Positions 10,656 to 21,700 of a DNA stretch of 34,223 nucleotides are shown piece by piece. Every line of letters begins with the position of its first letter. Position 1 is the first letter of the stretch. The position numbers and the translations under genes are program-made. Below the pieces are notes generated by a model. It did not search any database. It was not told the origin of the DNA and saw only the letters and a list, made by a program, of their open reading frames with translations. The DNA comes from Chiloscyllium plagiosum. Taxonomy: Eukaryota. The DNA lies in contig NC_057719.1 of assembly GCF_004010195.1 (NCBI RefSeq), positions 47,293,227 through 47,327,449 on the forward strand. The letters are read 5' to 3'.

Positions 10656-10897
10656 CTCCAGAATCCTGTTTGTAAAACTGAGACAGTACTCAAGATTTCT
10701 TTGGAGCAGATTCTGTACTGAACTCTTAAAAGGTTTTTACCTAATGCCTCTATTATTAAACAATTACTCATTTATTCCCTGTGCTGTAACTCAGATTAAG
10801 ACAAGAACCCTATTGTCCCTGTAGACAACAAATGTGCACCAGCTGGTTTCTAGATTATGCCATTACACTTCCCAACCTATTCCCATTAAGCACTGTT

Positions 10898-12712
10898 ATA
10901 GAACATAGAACAATAGTGTAGAACAGGCCCTTCCGCCCTCACTGTTGCGCCGACCTGTGAACGATTCTCAGCTCGTTCCCCTACACTATCCCATTATCAT
11001 CCATATGCTTATCAAAGGATTGTTTAAATCCCCCTCATGTGACTGAGTTGACTACGTTGGCAGGTAGGGCATTCCACACCCTTACCACACTCTGCGTAAA
11101 GAACCTGCCTCTGACATCTGTCTTAAATCTATCACCCCTCAATTTGTAGAAGCTGACATCATCCTAGGAAAAAGACTTTTACTGTCTACCCTATCTAATC
11201 CTCTGATCATCTTGTGTCTCTATATCAAATCCCCTCTTAGCCTTCTTTCCAATGAGAACAGACCCAAGTCTCTCAGCTTTTCCTCATAAGACCTTCCCTC
11301 CAGACCAGGCAATATCCTGGTAAATTTCCTCTGCACCTTTTCCAATGCTTCTACATTCTTCCCGAAATATGGGGACCAGAACTGTACAGAATATTCCAAG
11401 TTTGGTTGCACTAGCGTTTTGTATAGTTGCAGCATGATATTGTGGTTCCGGAACTCAATCCCTCTACAAATGAAACCTAACATACCCTATGCCTTCTTAA
11501 CAGCACTATCAACCTGGGTGGCAACTTTCAGGGATCTATGTACATGGACTCCAAGATCCCTCTGCACATCCACATTACCAAGAATCTTTCCATTGACCAA
11601 GTACTCTGCCTTCCTGCTATTCTTCCCAAAGTGCATCACCTCACATTTAGCTGCATTGAACTCCATTTGCCACCTCTCAGGCCAATTCTGCAGTTTATCC
11701 AAGTCCCCCTGCAACCAGTAACATTCTTCCAAACTGTCCACTACTCCACCGACTTTAGTGTCATCTGCAAATTTACTAATCCATTCCCCTACGCCAGCGT
11801 CAAAGTCATTTATAAAAATGACAAACAGCAGTGGTCTCAAAACAGACCCTTGTGGCACACCACTAGTAACTGGACTCCAAGCTGAATATTTTCTATCAAC
11901 CACCACTCGCTGCCTTCTTTCAGAAAGCCAGTTTCTAATCCAAACTGCTAAATCACCCTCAATCCCATGCCTCTGCATTTTCTCCAACAGCCAACCATGT
12001 GGAACCTTATCAAAAGCTTTACTGAAGTCCATGCATACCACACCAACTGCCCTACCCTCATCTACATGCTTGGTCACCTTCTCAAAAAACTCTGTGGTTT
12101 GTGAGACACGACCTGCCCTTGACCCATGTTGACTATCTGAAATCAAATTGTTGCTTGCTAGATGATTATAAATCTTCTCTTGTAATCCATTCCAAAGTCT
12201 TTCCTACAATAGAAGTAAGGCTCACTGATCTATAATTACCTGGGTCATCTCTACTGCCCTTCTTGAACAAGGGCACATTTACAATCCTTCAGTCCTCTGG
12301 CACTAAACCTGTAGACAATGACGACTCTGATATCAAAGCCAAAGCCCTGCTATCGCCTCCCCAGCTTCCCAGAGAATCCTCTGATAAATCCCATCTGGCC
12401 CGGGGGACTTGTCTACTTTCATTCCTTCTAGAATTGGTAACACCTGTTTGTAACTAACCTCAATCCTTTCTAGTCTAATATCTGGTACCTCATTCTTCTC
12501 TTCCTGAGTGAAATCAATGAGAAATGTTCATTTAGCACCTCTCCGATCTCCACAGGGTCCACACTCAACTTCCCATTTCTGTCTTTGACTGGCCCTACTT
12601 CTACCCTAGTCATCCTTTTATTTCTCACATACCTATAGAAAGCTTTAGTGTTCTCCTGCATTCTATTTGCTAAAGACTGCTCATGTTCTCTCTTTGCTCT
12701 TAACTCTCTCTT
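10898..12712 (-). mobile_element. CR1 LINE, different subfamily, 5'-truncated; longest RT fragment in the window
   Basis: 219-aa ORF 11487..12146 with DFSKAFD, GVPQGSVL and KFADD. Stops and frameshifts on both sides. CATAGAA-type tail. Confidence 0.95.
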
Positions 12713-12789
12713 TATTAGAATTATGTTCCCATAACTCTAACATTAACTAGAACAATAAGTGTATCAGATAAAATACAACCTTGACATCG

Positions 12790-13030
12790 GACTTAACTTG
12801 GATAAACAGTCTGGGTCAATATTGATGACAGTAGTCAGCAAGAGGGAATATTGTGCGTTGGCACAGAAGAAAATAGTTTTAATCTTCCCAATATTTCAGT
12901 GGGAGAAATTTCCACTCACCCAGAATCAAGTGTAACATAAGTAGTATGACCATCTAAATAAGTTGCTAGTAAGACAGCACTGGGTGCTATCAGCATACAC
13001 GTTGACTGTTTTTGGATAGTGCCACTGATA
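12790..13030 (-). mobile_element. Ancient L2-like LINE fragment
   Basis: Minus strand VYADSTQ (YADD-like) near 12980-13000; resembles remembered L2 consensus. Confidence 0.5.
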
Positions 13031-13042
13031 CTTCAGTGTAAA

Positions 13043-13385
13043 ACATAGAACAGCACAGTACAGGCCCTTCAGCCCTTGATGTTGTGTTGGCCTTTTATCC
13101 TACTCTAAGATCAGACTAATCTATATATCCTTCATTGTACTAACTTGCATCTGCCTACCCAATAGTCATTTAAATGCCCCTAATGCATCTGACTCCATAG
13201 AGTGGTGGGTGTGTGGAATGCACTGCCAGCAGTGGTAGTAAAGAACCTACCTCTGACATCTCCACTAAATCTTATACCAATTATCTTAAAATTATGCCCC
13301 TCGTATAGACATTTCTGCCATGGGAAAAAGTCTCTGGCTATCCACCTGTGCCTCTCAACATCTTGTACACCTCTATCAAGTCAGT
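13043..13385 (-). mobile_element. CR1 3' fragment with an internal micro-inversion
   Basis: acatagaacag...caggcccttcagccc tail; homologous to 10898-11240. Confidence 0.8.
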
Positions 13386-13489
13386 ATGTTAGAGAAATGA
13401 CAGCAGGCTAAGGGCAGATAATTGAGGTCCTCCAGAGGTAACAACACAGAAGCGGGATAGTACAATAGTACTGAATAACAATACGATTG

Positions 13490-14947
13490 TACTGAAGGTT
13501 TGTGCTTCAGAACTTGCCGTTTCCTCAGTCAAACTGTTCTACTACTGTTACAACAATGGCATTTACCCCACAATGTGGAAAATTGCACAGGTATATCCTA
13601 TACATAAAAAAAAACAGGACAAATCCAACCCAAACAATTACTGCCCCATCAGTCAACTCTTGATCATCAGTAAAACATTAGAAGGTGTCATCAACAATGC
13701 TATCAAGCAGCACTCTGCTCAGCAATAATTTGCTCAGTGATGTCCAGTTGGATTCTGCCAAGGCCAGATCACCTTACCGTCTTGGTTCAAACATGGGCAA
13801 AAAAAAAAGAGCTGAATTCTAGAGAGGAGTGTGATAGCCCTTGACATCAAGGTTGCATTTTACCGATTGTAGCATCAAAGAGCCCTTGCAAATCAGGAAT
13901 CAATGAGTATGAGAGGGCAAACTCTCTGGTCTCAGAGTTATACCAGGCAGATAGGAAGATGATTGTAGTTGTTGGAGGTCTGTCACCATAGCTCCAGGAG
14001 ATCACTGCAGGAGTTGCTAAGGGTGATGTCCTAGGCCTAACAGTCTTCAGCTGCTTCATCAATGATCTCCCTTCCATCCCAAGGTCAGAAGTGGGGATGG
14101 TTGCCAATGATTGTTCAGAAGATACTGAAGCAGTCCATGTTCAAATGCAAAAAGATTGGACAATATCCACACTTGGGATCACAAATAGCAAGTAACATTC
14201 ATACCACACAAATTCCAGGCTATGAACTTCACCAGTAAGAGACAATCCAACCACAGCCCTTGACATTCAATGGTATTACCATCACTGAATTGCCCACTAT
14301 CAATATCCTGGCAGGGTTACCATTGATCAGAAACTCAGCTGGACTCACCACATAAATGCATTGGCTACAAGAGCAGATCAGAAGCTGGGAATACTGACTA
14401 ACACACCTCATAATTCCCCAAAGCCTGTACACATCTTCAAAGCACAAGCCAGGAGTGCAATGAAATACTCCCCCCCATTTGCTTGGATGAGTGCAGCTCC
14501 AACAAGAAGCTTGATACCATCCAGGACAAAACAGCCCGGCTGATTGGAACTACATACTGAAGCATCCTTTCCCTCGACCACGAACAACACTCAGAAGGAG
14601 CAATGTGTGCAATTTACAAGATGCATGCAGAAATTCACCTAAGATCCTTAGAAAGCACCTTCCAAACTTACAATGACTTCCATCTAAAAGTACAGGGCAG
14701 CGGATACATGAGAACACCATCATCTGCGAATTTCCCTCAAGCCAACTCAACATCCTGAGTTGGACACATATCGCTGTTCCTCCACTGTCGCTGGGTCAAG
14801 ATCCTGGAATTCCCTCCCTAATGGCATGTGGGTCAATTTACAGCAGGTGGAATACAACCTTTCAAGGCAGCACACCACCACCACATTCTCAAGGGCAACT
14901 AGGGACAGGCAATAAATGCTGGCCAGCCAGTGACACCCATATCCCAC
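13490..14947 (+). mobile_element. Family-B LINE, RT plus 3' end
   Basis: WKIAQVYPIHKK...DKSNPNNYCPIS and [11 protein letters not shown]; 3' tail aagggcaactaggg...gcaataaatgctggcc. Confidence 0.88.
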
Positions 14948-16540
14948 AAAACTAGTACATCATACATATTTCTGTAGCCATTTCAACACAAACTGCCCAC
15001 TGGTTGCACAAAATAATGTGTATTATTTCAATCAAGTTGCCCTTTCCTGCTTTCTCCTCAGATTAGAGATGAGGAGTTGCACATTAGATGGGTCAACGAG
15101 AAAACATACTCAATTGCAGATTTATAAATATCTTATATCGTACTCCTTGAACACTCATCGAAACACCTGATGGAAAATTCCCAAATCGTGGGCGAGGTTA
15201 GAAATAACCACTACACTGCTCTCAAATCATGAGATAAAAATTAATCTTTATTCTGAAATCCAGAGAAAGGGCAAGGGGAAAAATACTTAACACATACAAT
15301 TCCCCTTCATACATACGGCAACCATAATTTACGAGAAACATGCATTTTAACACAGCCCAGAGTGATCTTTTGTACTGCAACCCAACATCCAAATCAATAT
15401 TTAATTCAGTTTTAAAGTCAAGAGTTCATTCTAATGTTTATGCTACTTTAGTACAGCAGCAACCGATGAGCAATAAATACTGGCCTAGCCAGCACTCATC
15501 TCAATTTAACAAAGAGAAAAATCTTCAGTTTTTATGAGTTATTATTGAAGAACAACAGTTATGGGACATAGGAGCGGGAGAGGGACATTTGGCCCTTTGA
15601 GTCTGCACCACCATTCAATAGCATCATGGTTGAAGTGGCTGTGGTATTAACTCCACTTTCCTGCCTGCATCCCATAATCTTCCAAACTTCTCTGTACAGT
15701 GCGTTTCAACATTTAATCAAATGTTGGATCAGAAGTGAGACATTAGACAGACTCCTAGAGGAGCCAGGGATCTCAGCTGGGTATAGTTTGAAAACCTCAC
15801 GTTACCTCTTGTTGGCAACACAAATCACACCTTGGCGCTGCTCAGACATTTGATAGGCCAGTGGCAGATTTTCTACTTTATCAAGAACCATGGAGTGAAG
15901 GTATCTTATTCAGAGCTGCCAGTCATCCGGAGGGCTGTAGTTCCACAAGGTAAGGCGGCAATGTGGTCATTCAACACCCACCAGAGACCTTGGATTGCCA
16001 AGCACCAGTAGCTGGTCATGGAATAAGGATCATTAGTAATGGTAGTAGGCTTTGGAGATACTACAAATAGATTGGAAAACAACGACGAGTAGTTTTATAT
16101 TTGAGGTTTCAACAGACTGCAAACCAATGTCTGTCCAGCATGAACAATGATGTTAGACGAATGGAACTTAGCTTTATGAAAAGGGCAACAAGCTTTGAAG
16201 GTGATCAAGAATTCAAACAAAACTTCTTTAAGGACTGGAAAGAACGTGGAACTAACTTCCCTCTGCAGTTAGCAGTTGAGGCAGCTAGTATTGATGCATT
16301 TAAGGAAACGTAAACAAGCATGCAAGACAGAAGAAAGTGGAAGACTAAAGTAGTGCACAAATACTACTTCCTTGCCACATATCCTATGCGTGACAGGTCA
16401 TTGGCCAGAAGAATAGCATGTTAGAATGGTCAAGTTTAGATGTAATGACACCCCAGGTTTAAAACCATTAATGCTGAAATATAGAAGTGCAAACTTTGGT
16501 TTGCAATTCTGACACTAATGGCAATGTAATGTTGCAAACA

Positions 16541-16546
16541 TTTATT
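16541..16546 (-). terminator. Candidate distal polyadenylation signal AATAAA (would give an approximately 2.2-kb 3' UTR)
   Basis: tttatt at the far end of an AT-rich, repeat-poor block (about 16450-18700) that resembles a long 3' UTR. Confidence 0.4.
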
Positions 16547-17439
16547 TAGGTGAAATAATTTTTATCACAGCTCTAGAAAACAGGCACATCTTGTATAAGA
16601 TATGAGTTACCATCAAAATGTTGAGGATTTAGCATGCAATTGATAAAAAGCAACCTCAACAAAACTTAATTTGAAAAAATTCTTACTTGAGCAGGAAGCA
16701 TACTGGCACAGTGCAAAGAAAGTATGAAACTATCAATTCGTAACAAGCTATCATATTAATTAATCACAATTTTGGAATGCTTGTTACAAAAATAGAATGT
16801 TAAAGAGACTATTGTGCAGAAACTATTGTTTGCACATATTTTGATACTCATTTTGAACAGTCTCCAAATAGTATAACCATTTAATAAATGAAATAGTATT
16901 TGCAGCTTCCATGGGAAGAATGCTATAGGCATTGTGATAATCACTTATTGCAACACCTCAAGTACCTACTGCATGCCTAATTAGCTCTTCAAGCGCTGTA
17001 TACATTAATTTTATGATTTTATGTACTTATGATTTGTTACAATTGGTATTAGATTTTCTTGTACAAATACATTTGTGGCGTCTATCCAATTTAAATTAGG
17101 ATACCATTTTGATTAGTTTCCATTTCAAATTTGACAAATTAATTTTGTAAGAATTCCTAGCAGGGGAAATAATGGATTAATTTGAAGACCATAAGAAAAG
17201 GGATACCAAATAGTGGAAAACAGGTTTGTTTTAAAGCTGACCTAAATGACCAGAAAAGGAGTCAGGTAGAGGCCAAGGTGTGGAAAAAGGAACAGAAACG
17301 ACAAAAGCTGCCTTTGATACAGAGAATAATTTGAAGTTAAATTTGAAATTCTCAAAGTTATAGTTCATATGACTATAACTAATTCAAGTAAACAGATTTC
17401 AAAAATCAGGAAATTAACACAGGGAATGATGAAATAAAA

Positions 17440-17650
17440 TGCTGGAATGCAGATACTGGAAATCTGAAACAAAAATAAATTGAAGAAAATCAGCAGGTCT
17501 GGCATCTTTGGAGAGAAAGTAGGGTTAACATTTCAATTCCAATGTCCCCTCTTCAGAACTGATGGATTACCAGATTCAAAACATGAATTCTGCTTTCTCT
17601 CCATAGATGCTGCCAGACCTGAGCTTTTCCATCAATTTCTGTTTTTGATG
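17440..17650. mobile_element. Head-to-head pair of Penelope-like short repeats forming an imperfect palindrome
   Basis: 17494-17540 is the reverse complement (with a 3-nt gap and several substitutions) of 17573-17621. Hammerhead-like CTGAAGA...GAAA on the minus strand at 17556-17531. Confidence 0.7.
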
Positions 17651-18490
17651 GGGAATGATGATTTTTGTTTATAATTAGTTTAAACAAATAGTAATAAACA
17701 GCAGAATGCCCATACATTTCTAAAAGATGAGAACTCAAATATTTAAAATGGATGAACAAAGATTGGGAGATTGTACGCTTACAATATGTTGGTCCAAGGC
17801 ATGGACCAAAAACCTAAGTCAGAAAGTTAATTTTATCCCTGATAGCATGCATTTTTGTTAAAGTGGAAAAGAACAGACTTCATATTTCCAAAAATAATTT
17901 CAAGAATTAGACTTGTTCTGAAGAGACATTTCCAAACAAAACTACTGAGAAGCATCTTTTTAAAAGTAAAGCCAACAAGACTTGATCAACCCAAGCCATT
18001 ATTAGGTCAATTTACTTAAATTAGTACAGATAAAATTGGATTCTCAAATGTTCATTGAATTTTGTGAAAGGAACCAGACATTACATAAGTTCATGAGTTA
18101 AAATGTGGAATTTGTTTGTAAAAATTTTAAAATGGAAGCGAAAATTCAAGACAAAATTTCTAAGCCAAAAATAATGATTTATACTAAATCATGTCAAAGC
18201 AAAAAAAGGTAGCATTTGTCATTTTTAAAGCAATCAGAAACCAATGAGAATACCAATAGGATGGAAGCAAAAGCCCACCTCTACACCATAATGAACTCAA
18301 GAATAATCATCCACCACATTTTTAACCTCTAATCAAAACAAATTAATAGCAAGTATCAAATTGGAGGTTAAAAGCTAAATATTAATTTGGCCATTACCAA
18401 GTGGGAAGAAATATCTTCTCTACGGTCGTTGCTTGCATTGCACTAGAGGTTAAAGGACTGCCCTATTTTAAGGGTAGACCTTGGTCTGTC

Positions 18491-18496
18491 TTTATT
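18491..18496 (-). terminator. Candidate proximal polyadenylation signal AATAAA
   Basis: tttatt on the + strand, about 220 nt downstream of the stop; usage unverified. Confidence 0.45.
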
Positions 18497-18712
18497 TTCT
18501 GGTTCACACAATAAAACGACTGGAACAAAAACAATGAAGCATTTGAAGAGTTAATCTTCTTGGAAAACTGCATTCAACATTTTCACAGTGCATAAACCCA
18601 TTACAGTTTGAAACAATATATAAAAGTAACTTAATCTTCCAGTTTCTGGAGTAGTGTTAGAATTCAAGCTTGTGATATCAATTCATACTAAGCAAAGCAA
18701 ATCTGTCACATT

Positions 18713-18784
18713 CTAACGGAAAAATCCCAATTTTTTGCACAGCCATTCTTCACTAAATTCTTCTGTATTTCTAATTTCAAAGAC
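18713..18784 (-). CDS. GMFG: GMF exon 7, coding part ([23 protein letters not shown])
   Basis: TTTCTTTTTCAG| acceptor, TAG stop at 18715-18713. Confidence 0.96.
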   Translation of the reverse strand, partial: VFEIRNTEEFSEEWLCKKLGFFR

Positions 18785-21700
18785 CTGAAAAAGAAATAAC
18801 AATCACTAGTCAAATGACTCCTTTTATTTCTGATGCAAATAAACCCAAATTCTTGACAAAAACTTATATTGAGGCATCACAATAGCAAACTATCAGTTAA
18901 ATATTTAGCAAAGACAATATTTTACATGTTTATCTACAAACTAAAGTTACTTCATTGAGAAAAAAAACTGTCAAAAAAAGGGTACTCTAAATTCCAAACT
19001 TCAACAGTAGACAGTGTTCCAGAGTTGGAGAAAGCAGCAGAAATAAGGAAAGAGAAGGCAAAACAATGTGCCTTTATTGCTGTGTAATGACCTCCACTGT
19101 AACATGTTGATGCTAAAGGGTCAGCCTCATTAGGGTCTTGAAATACAACAGTATCATATCTGTCTTGGGCAGAAGTTCCAGGCTCAAATCGCACTCCAAA
19201 ATGTAAATAACCCCAAGGAAGATGCATTCACAAAACAGGAACAGAAGTCAAATATTAGTATCCAAATCCTTCAAAATTGGAGTTTTCATCACAGTTCATG
19301 GCTCCAAACAGGTAGTAGTACAGGTTACTGCAGCAGTTGGCTGTATAAATAGTACAGATCAGATTGAACACTAGATTATTGGTACCAATCAGGGTGGTTT
19401 CAGCACCTGCTCTGTCCTCTGTGGCGGACATTGCAACAATAGATTAGAACAGCGTAGGAGCACTGAAGGAATTGTGGTCAATTAAGCCATTTCGAAACTT
19501 GGTCAAAAGCAGAACACAAAGATTAGATGACTTTTCAATGTATGCTATTTTCCAATAAGTAGCAATTTCAATACCTGTTTAGGTGGTGACAGATTTTCAG
19601 GTCTAATTTACTTCTATTTACTGGGAAGTGCTTGCACTTCAGAATTAATCTGCATCGATGTTATTACAGATGTTAGCTCAACAAGCACAGCAAATGCCCA
19701 TAGGCACAATGACTTATGATTACAGTTTCTACCAGTTTTTTTTTCCATTTGAATAATGAAGACTGACAAAAACAGCTGCATTTGCATTGCAGATCCTGAT
19801 CTGCAAATTGCAATAAAACTAACATGGAGCGGAGCATGATAGAAAAAGATATTCACGGATCATTCTGACCAACTTATTAGACTACCTTGACCAGAACAGA
19901 ATCGAAATTAACCTCAAGAATGTGAAGCCTGACATCTTGCCTGAAGATGACCAATAGTAACTTGTGCTGTAACTTTTTTTTAAAATGGGTGAGGGGTGCA
20001 GAGGTGGCCCTTATGATATAACACCTGCATATGCAGCAGGCATCTTATTAAATCTAATCTTTAATATGTGACCTAGAATGCATAAAAGTTAGTGCTGTTC
20101 TGGAAATAAATTTAAAAGAAAACTTTAAGTATTGAAGTTAAATAACAGCTGCTCAATCAGGTCTTAGGTTTCATCCAGTCATCACCAACAGGTGCGAAAT
20201 CTGACGTGCATTTGAAATTCAAGATTGAACATTAAAAGGATCTCTCTTGTTGCAGCAACCACTACTATACTGAGCTTGCTGTCTCAGCACATGCATACAA
20301 AGGTAATTGCACTACAGTAGTTTTTGCACCTTGATCAGCACATACTGCTTATTAAATTGACTTTGCAGTATTCCAAAATCTTACTACTAAGCAAAATAAA
20401 TAATACAAGGTACAAGAATACAAAAGTTTGGTTTCCAAAGGAAGACTGAAATGCTGCCTTCGCTGATTCATTAATAGTGTGCAATGCTATTGGCATTACC
20501 TTACAAAATAAAAACTTGATTGGAGATTGTACTCTAATTGTTCCTGTCCTCAGCTTTGCAAATTCAAGGCAACACCAATCCAGGTTTCCCTTTTTTTATA
20601 TAAAAGTCACTTGCAGGACATGGGCATCGCTGTCTGACCAGCATTTATTGCCCATCCCAAGTTGTTCTTGAGGTGGTGGTGAGGTGCAATTATGAACTGC
20701 TGGAAATCACGTGCCAGTAGATTGCCCTTAGGGAGGCAACATATTTCCAAATCATGATGGTGAGCATCTTGGAGTGGAACTTGAAGGTGATGGTATTCCA
20801 ATGTATCTGCTGCTCATGTCCTTCTTGATGGAAGTGGTTGAGAGTTTGGAAGGTGCTGTCTCAGCATTTTTGGTGAATTTCTGTAGTGCATGTTGTAGGT
20901 AGTATATACTGCTGGTGTCGATGGTGGAAGGAGTTGATGAGGTGCCAATTCACCAGGCTGCTTTGTCCTGAATGGTGTCAAGCTCATTGAGGGTTTTCGG
21001 AACTGCACCCAGCCAGGAAAGTGGAGAGTATTTCATCACACTCCTGACTTATGCCTTATAGTTGGTGGCCAGGCTTCAGGGAATCAGAAAGTCAGTTACT
21101 CACTGCCTCTGATTTGCTTTTGTGGCCAATGCTTACATGACGAGCCCACTGGAATTTTTGGTCAGTGGCCAAGGTGGCAAATCAGTGGCAAAGCCCAAGG
21201 ATGTTGATAGTGGGGGATTCAATGATGGTCATACCATTGAATGTCAAGGGGCAATTTTTAAATTGTCTCATATTGAAGATGGTCATAGCCTGACATTTGT
21301 GTGGCACAAGTGTTATTTGCCATTTGTCAGCCCAAGCCTGGATATTGTCTGGATGTATTGCATTTGAATATGGACTGCTTCAGTATCTGAAGAGTTGTGA
21401 ATAGTTAGATTAGATTAGATTAGATTACTTACAGTGTGGAAACAGGCCCTTCCAAGCCTGGATATTGTCTGGATGTATTGCATTTGAATATGGACTGCTT
21501 CAGTATCTGAAGAGTTGTGAATAGTGCTGAATGTTGCTCAGTCTTTGGCAAACATCCCCACTTCTGACCTTAAGATGGAGGGAAGGTCATTGATGAAGCA
21601 ACTGAAGATGGTTTTGCCCAGAATACCACCCTGAGGAACACCTGCAGAGGTATCCTGAAGCTGAGATGACTGACCTCCAACAACCCCAACCATCCTATGT

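Noticed and set aside
11487..12146. 219-aa RT ORF as an active or domesticated gene
   Set aside because: Part of a 5'-truncated CR1 with stops, frameshifts and deletions on both sides, and no endonuclease.
19280..19440. TATAAATAG and CCAATCAG motifs in intron 6 as an internal promoter
   Set aside because: The motif order does not fit a plus-strand promoter, such short motifs arise by chance, and there is no other support.
21332..21525. CRISPR-like repeat-spacer-repeat
   Set aside because: Eukaryotic context, only two repeats, and the spacer is a SINE tail, so this is a target-site duplication.
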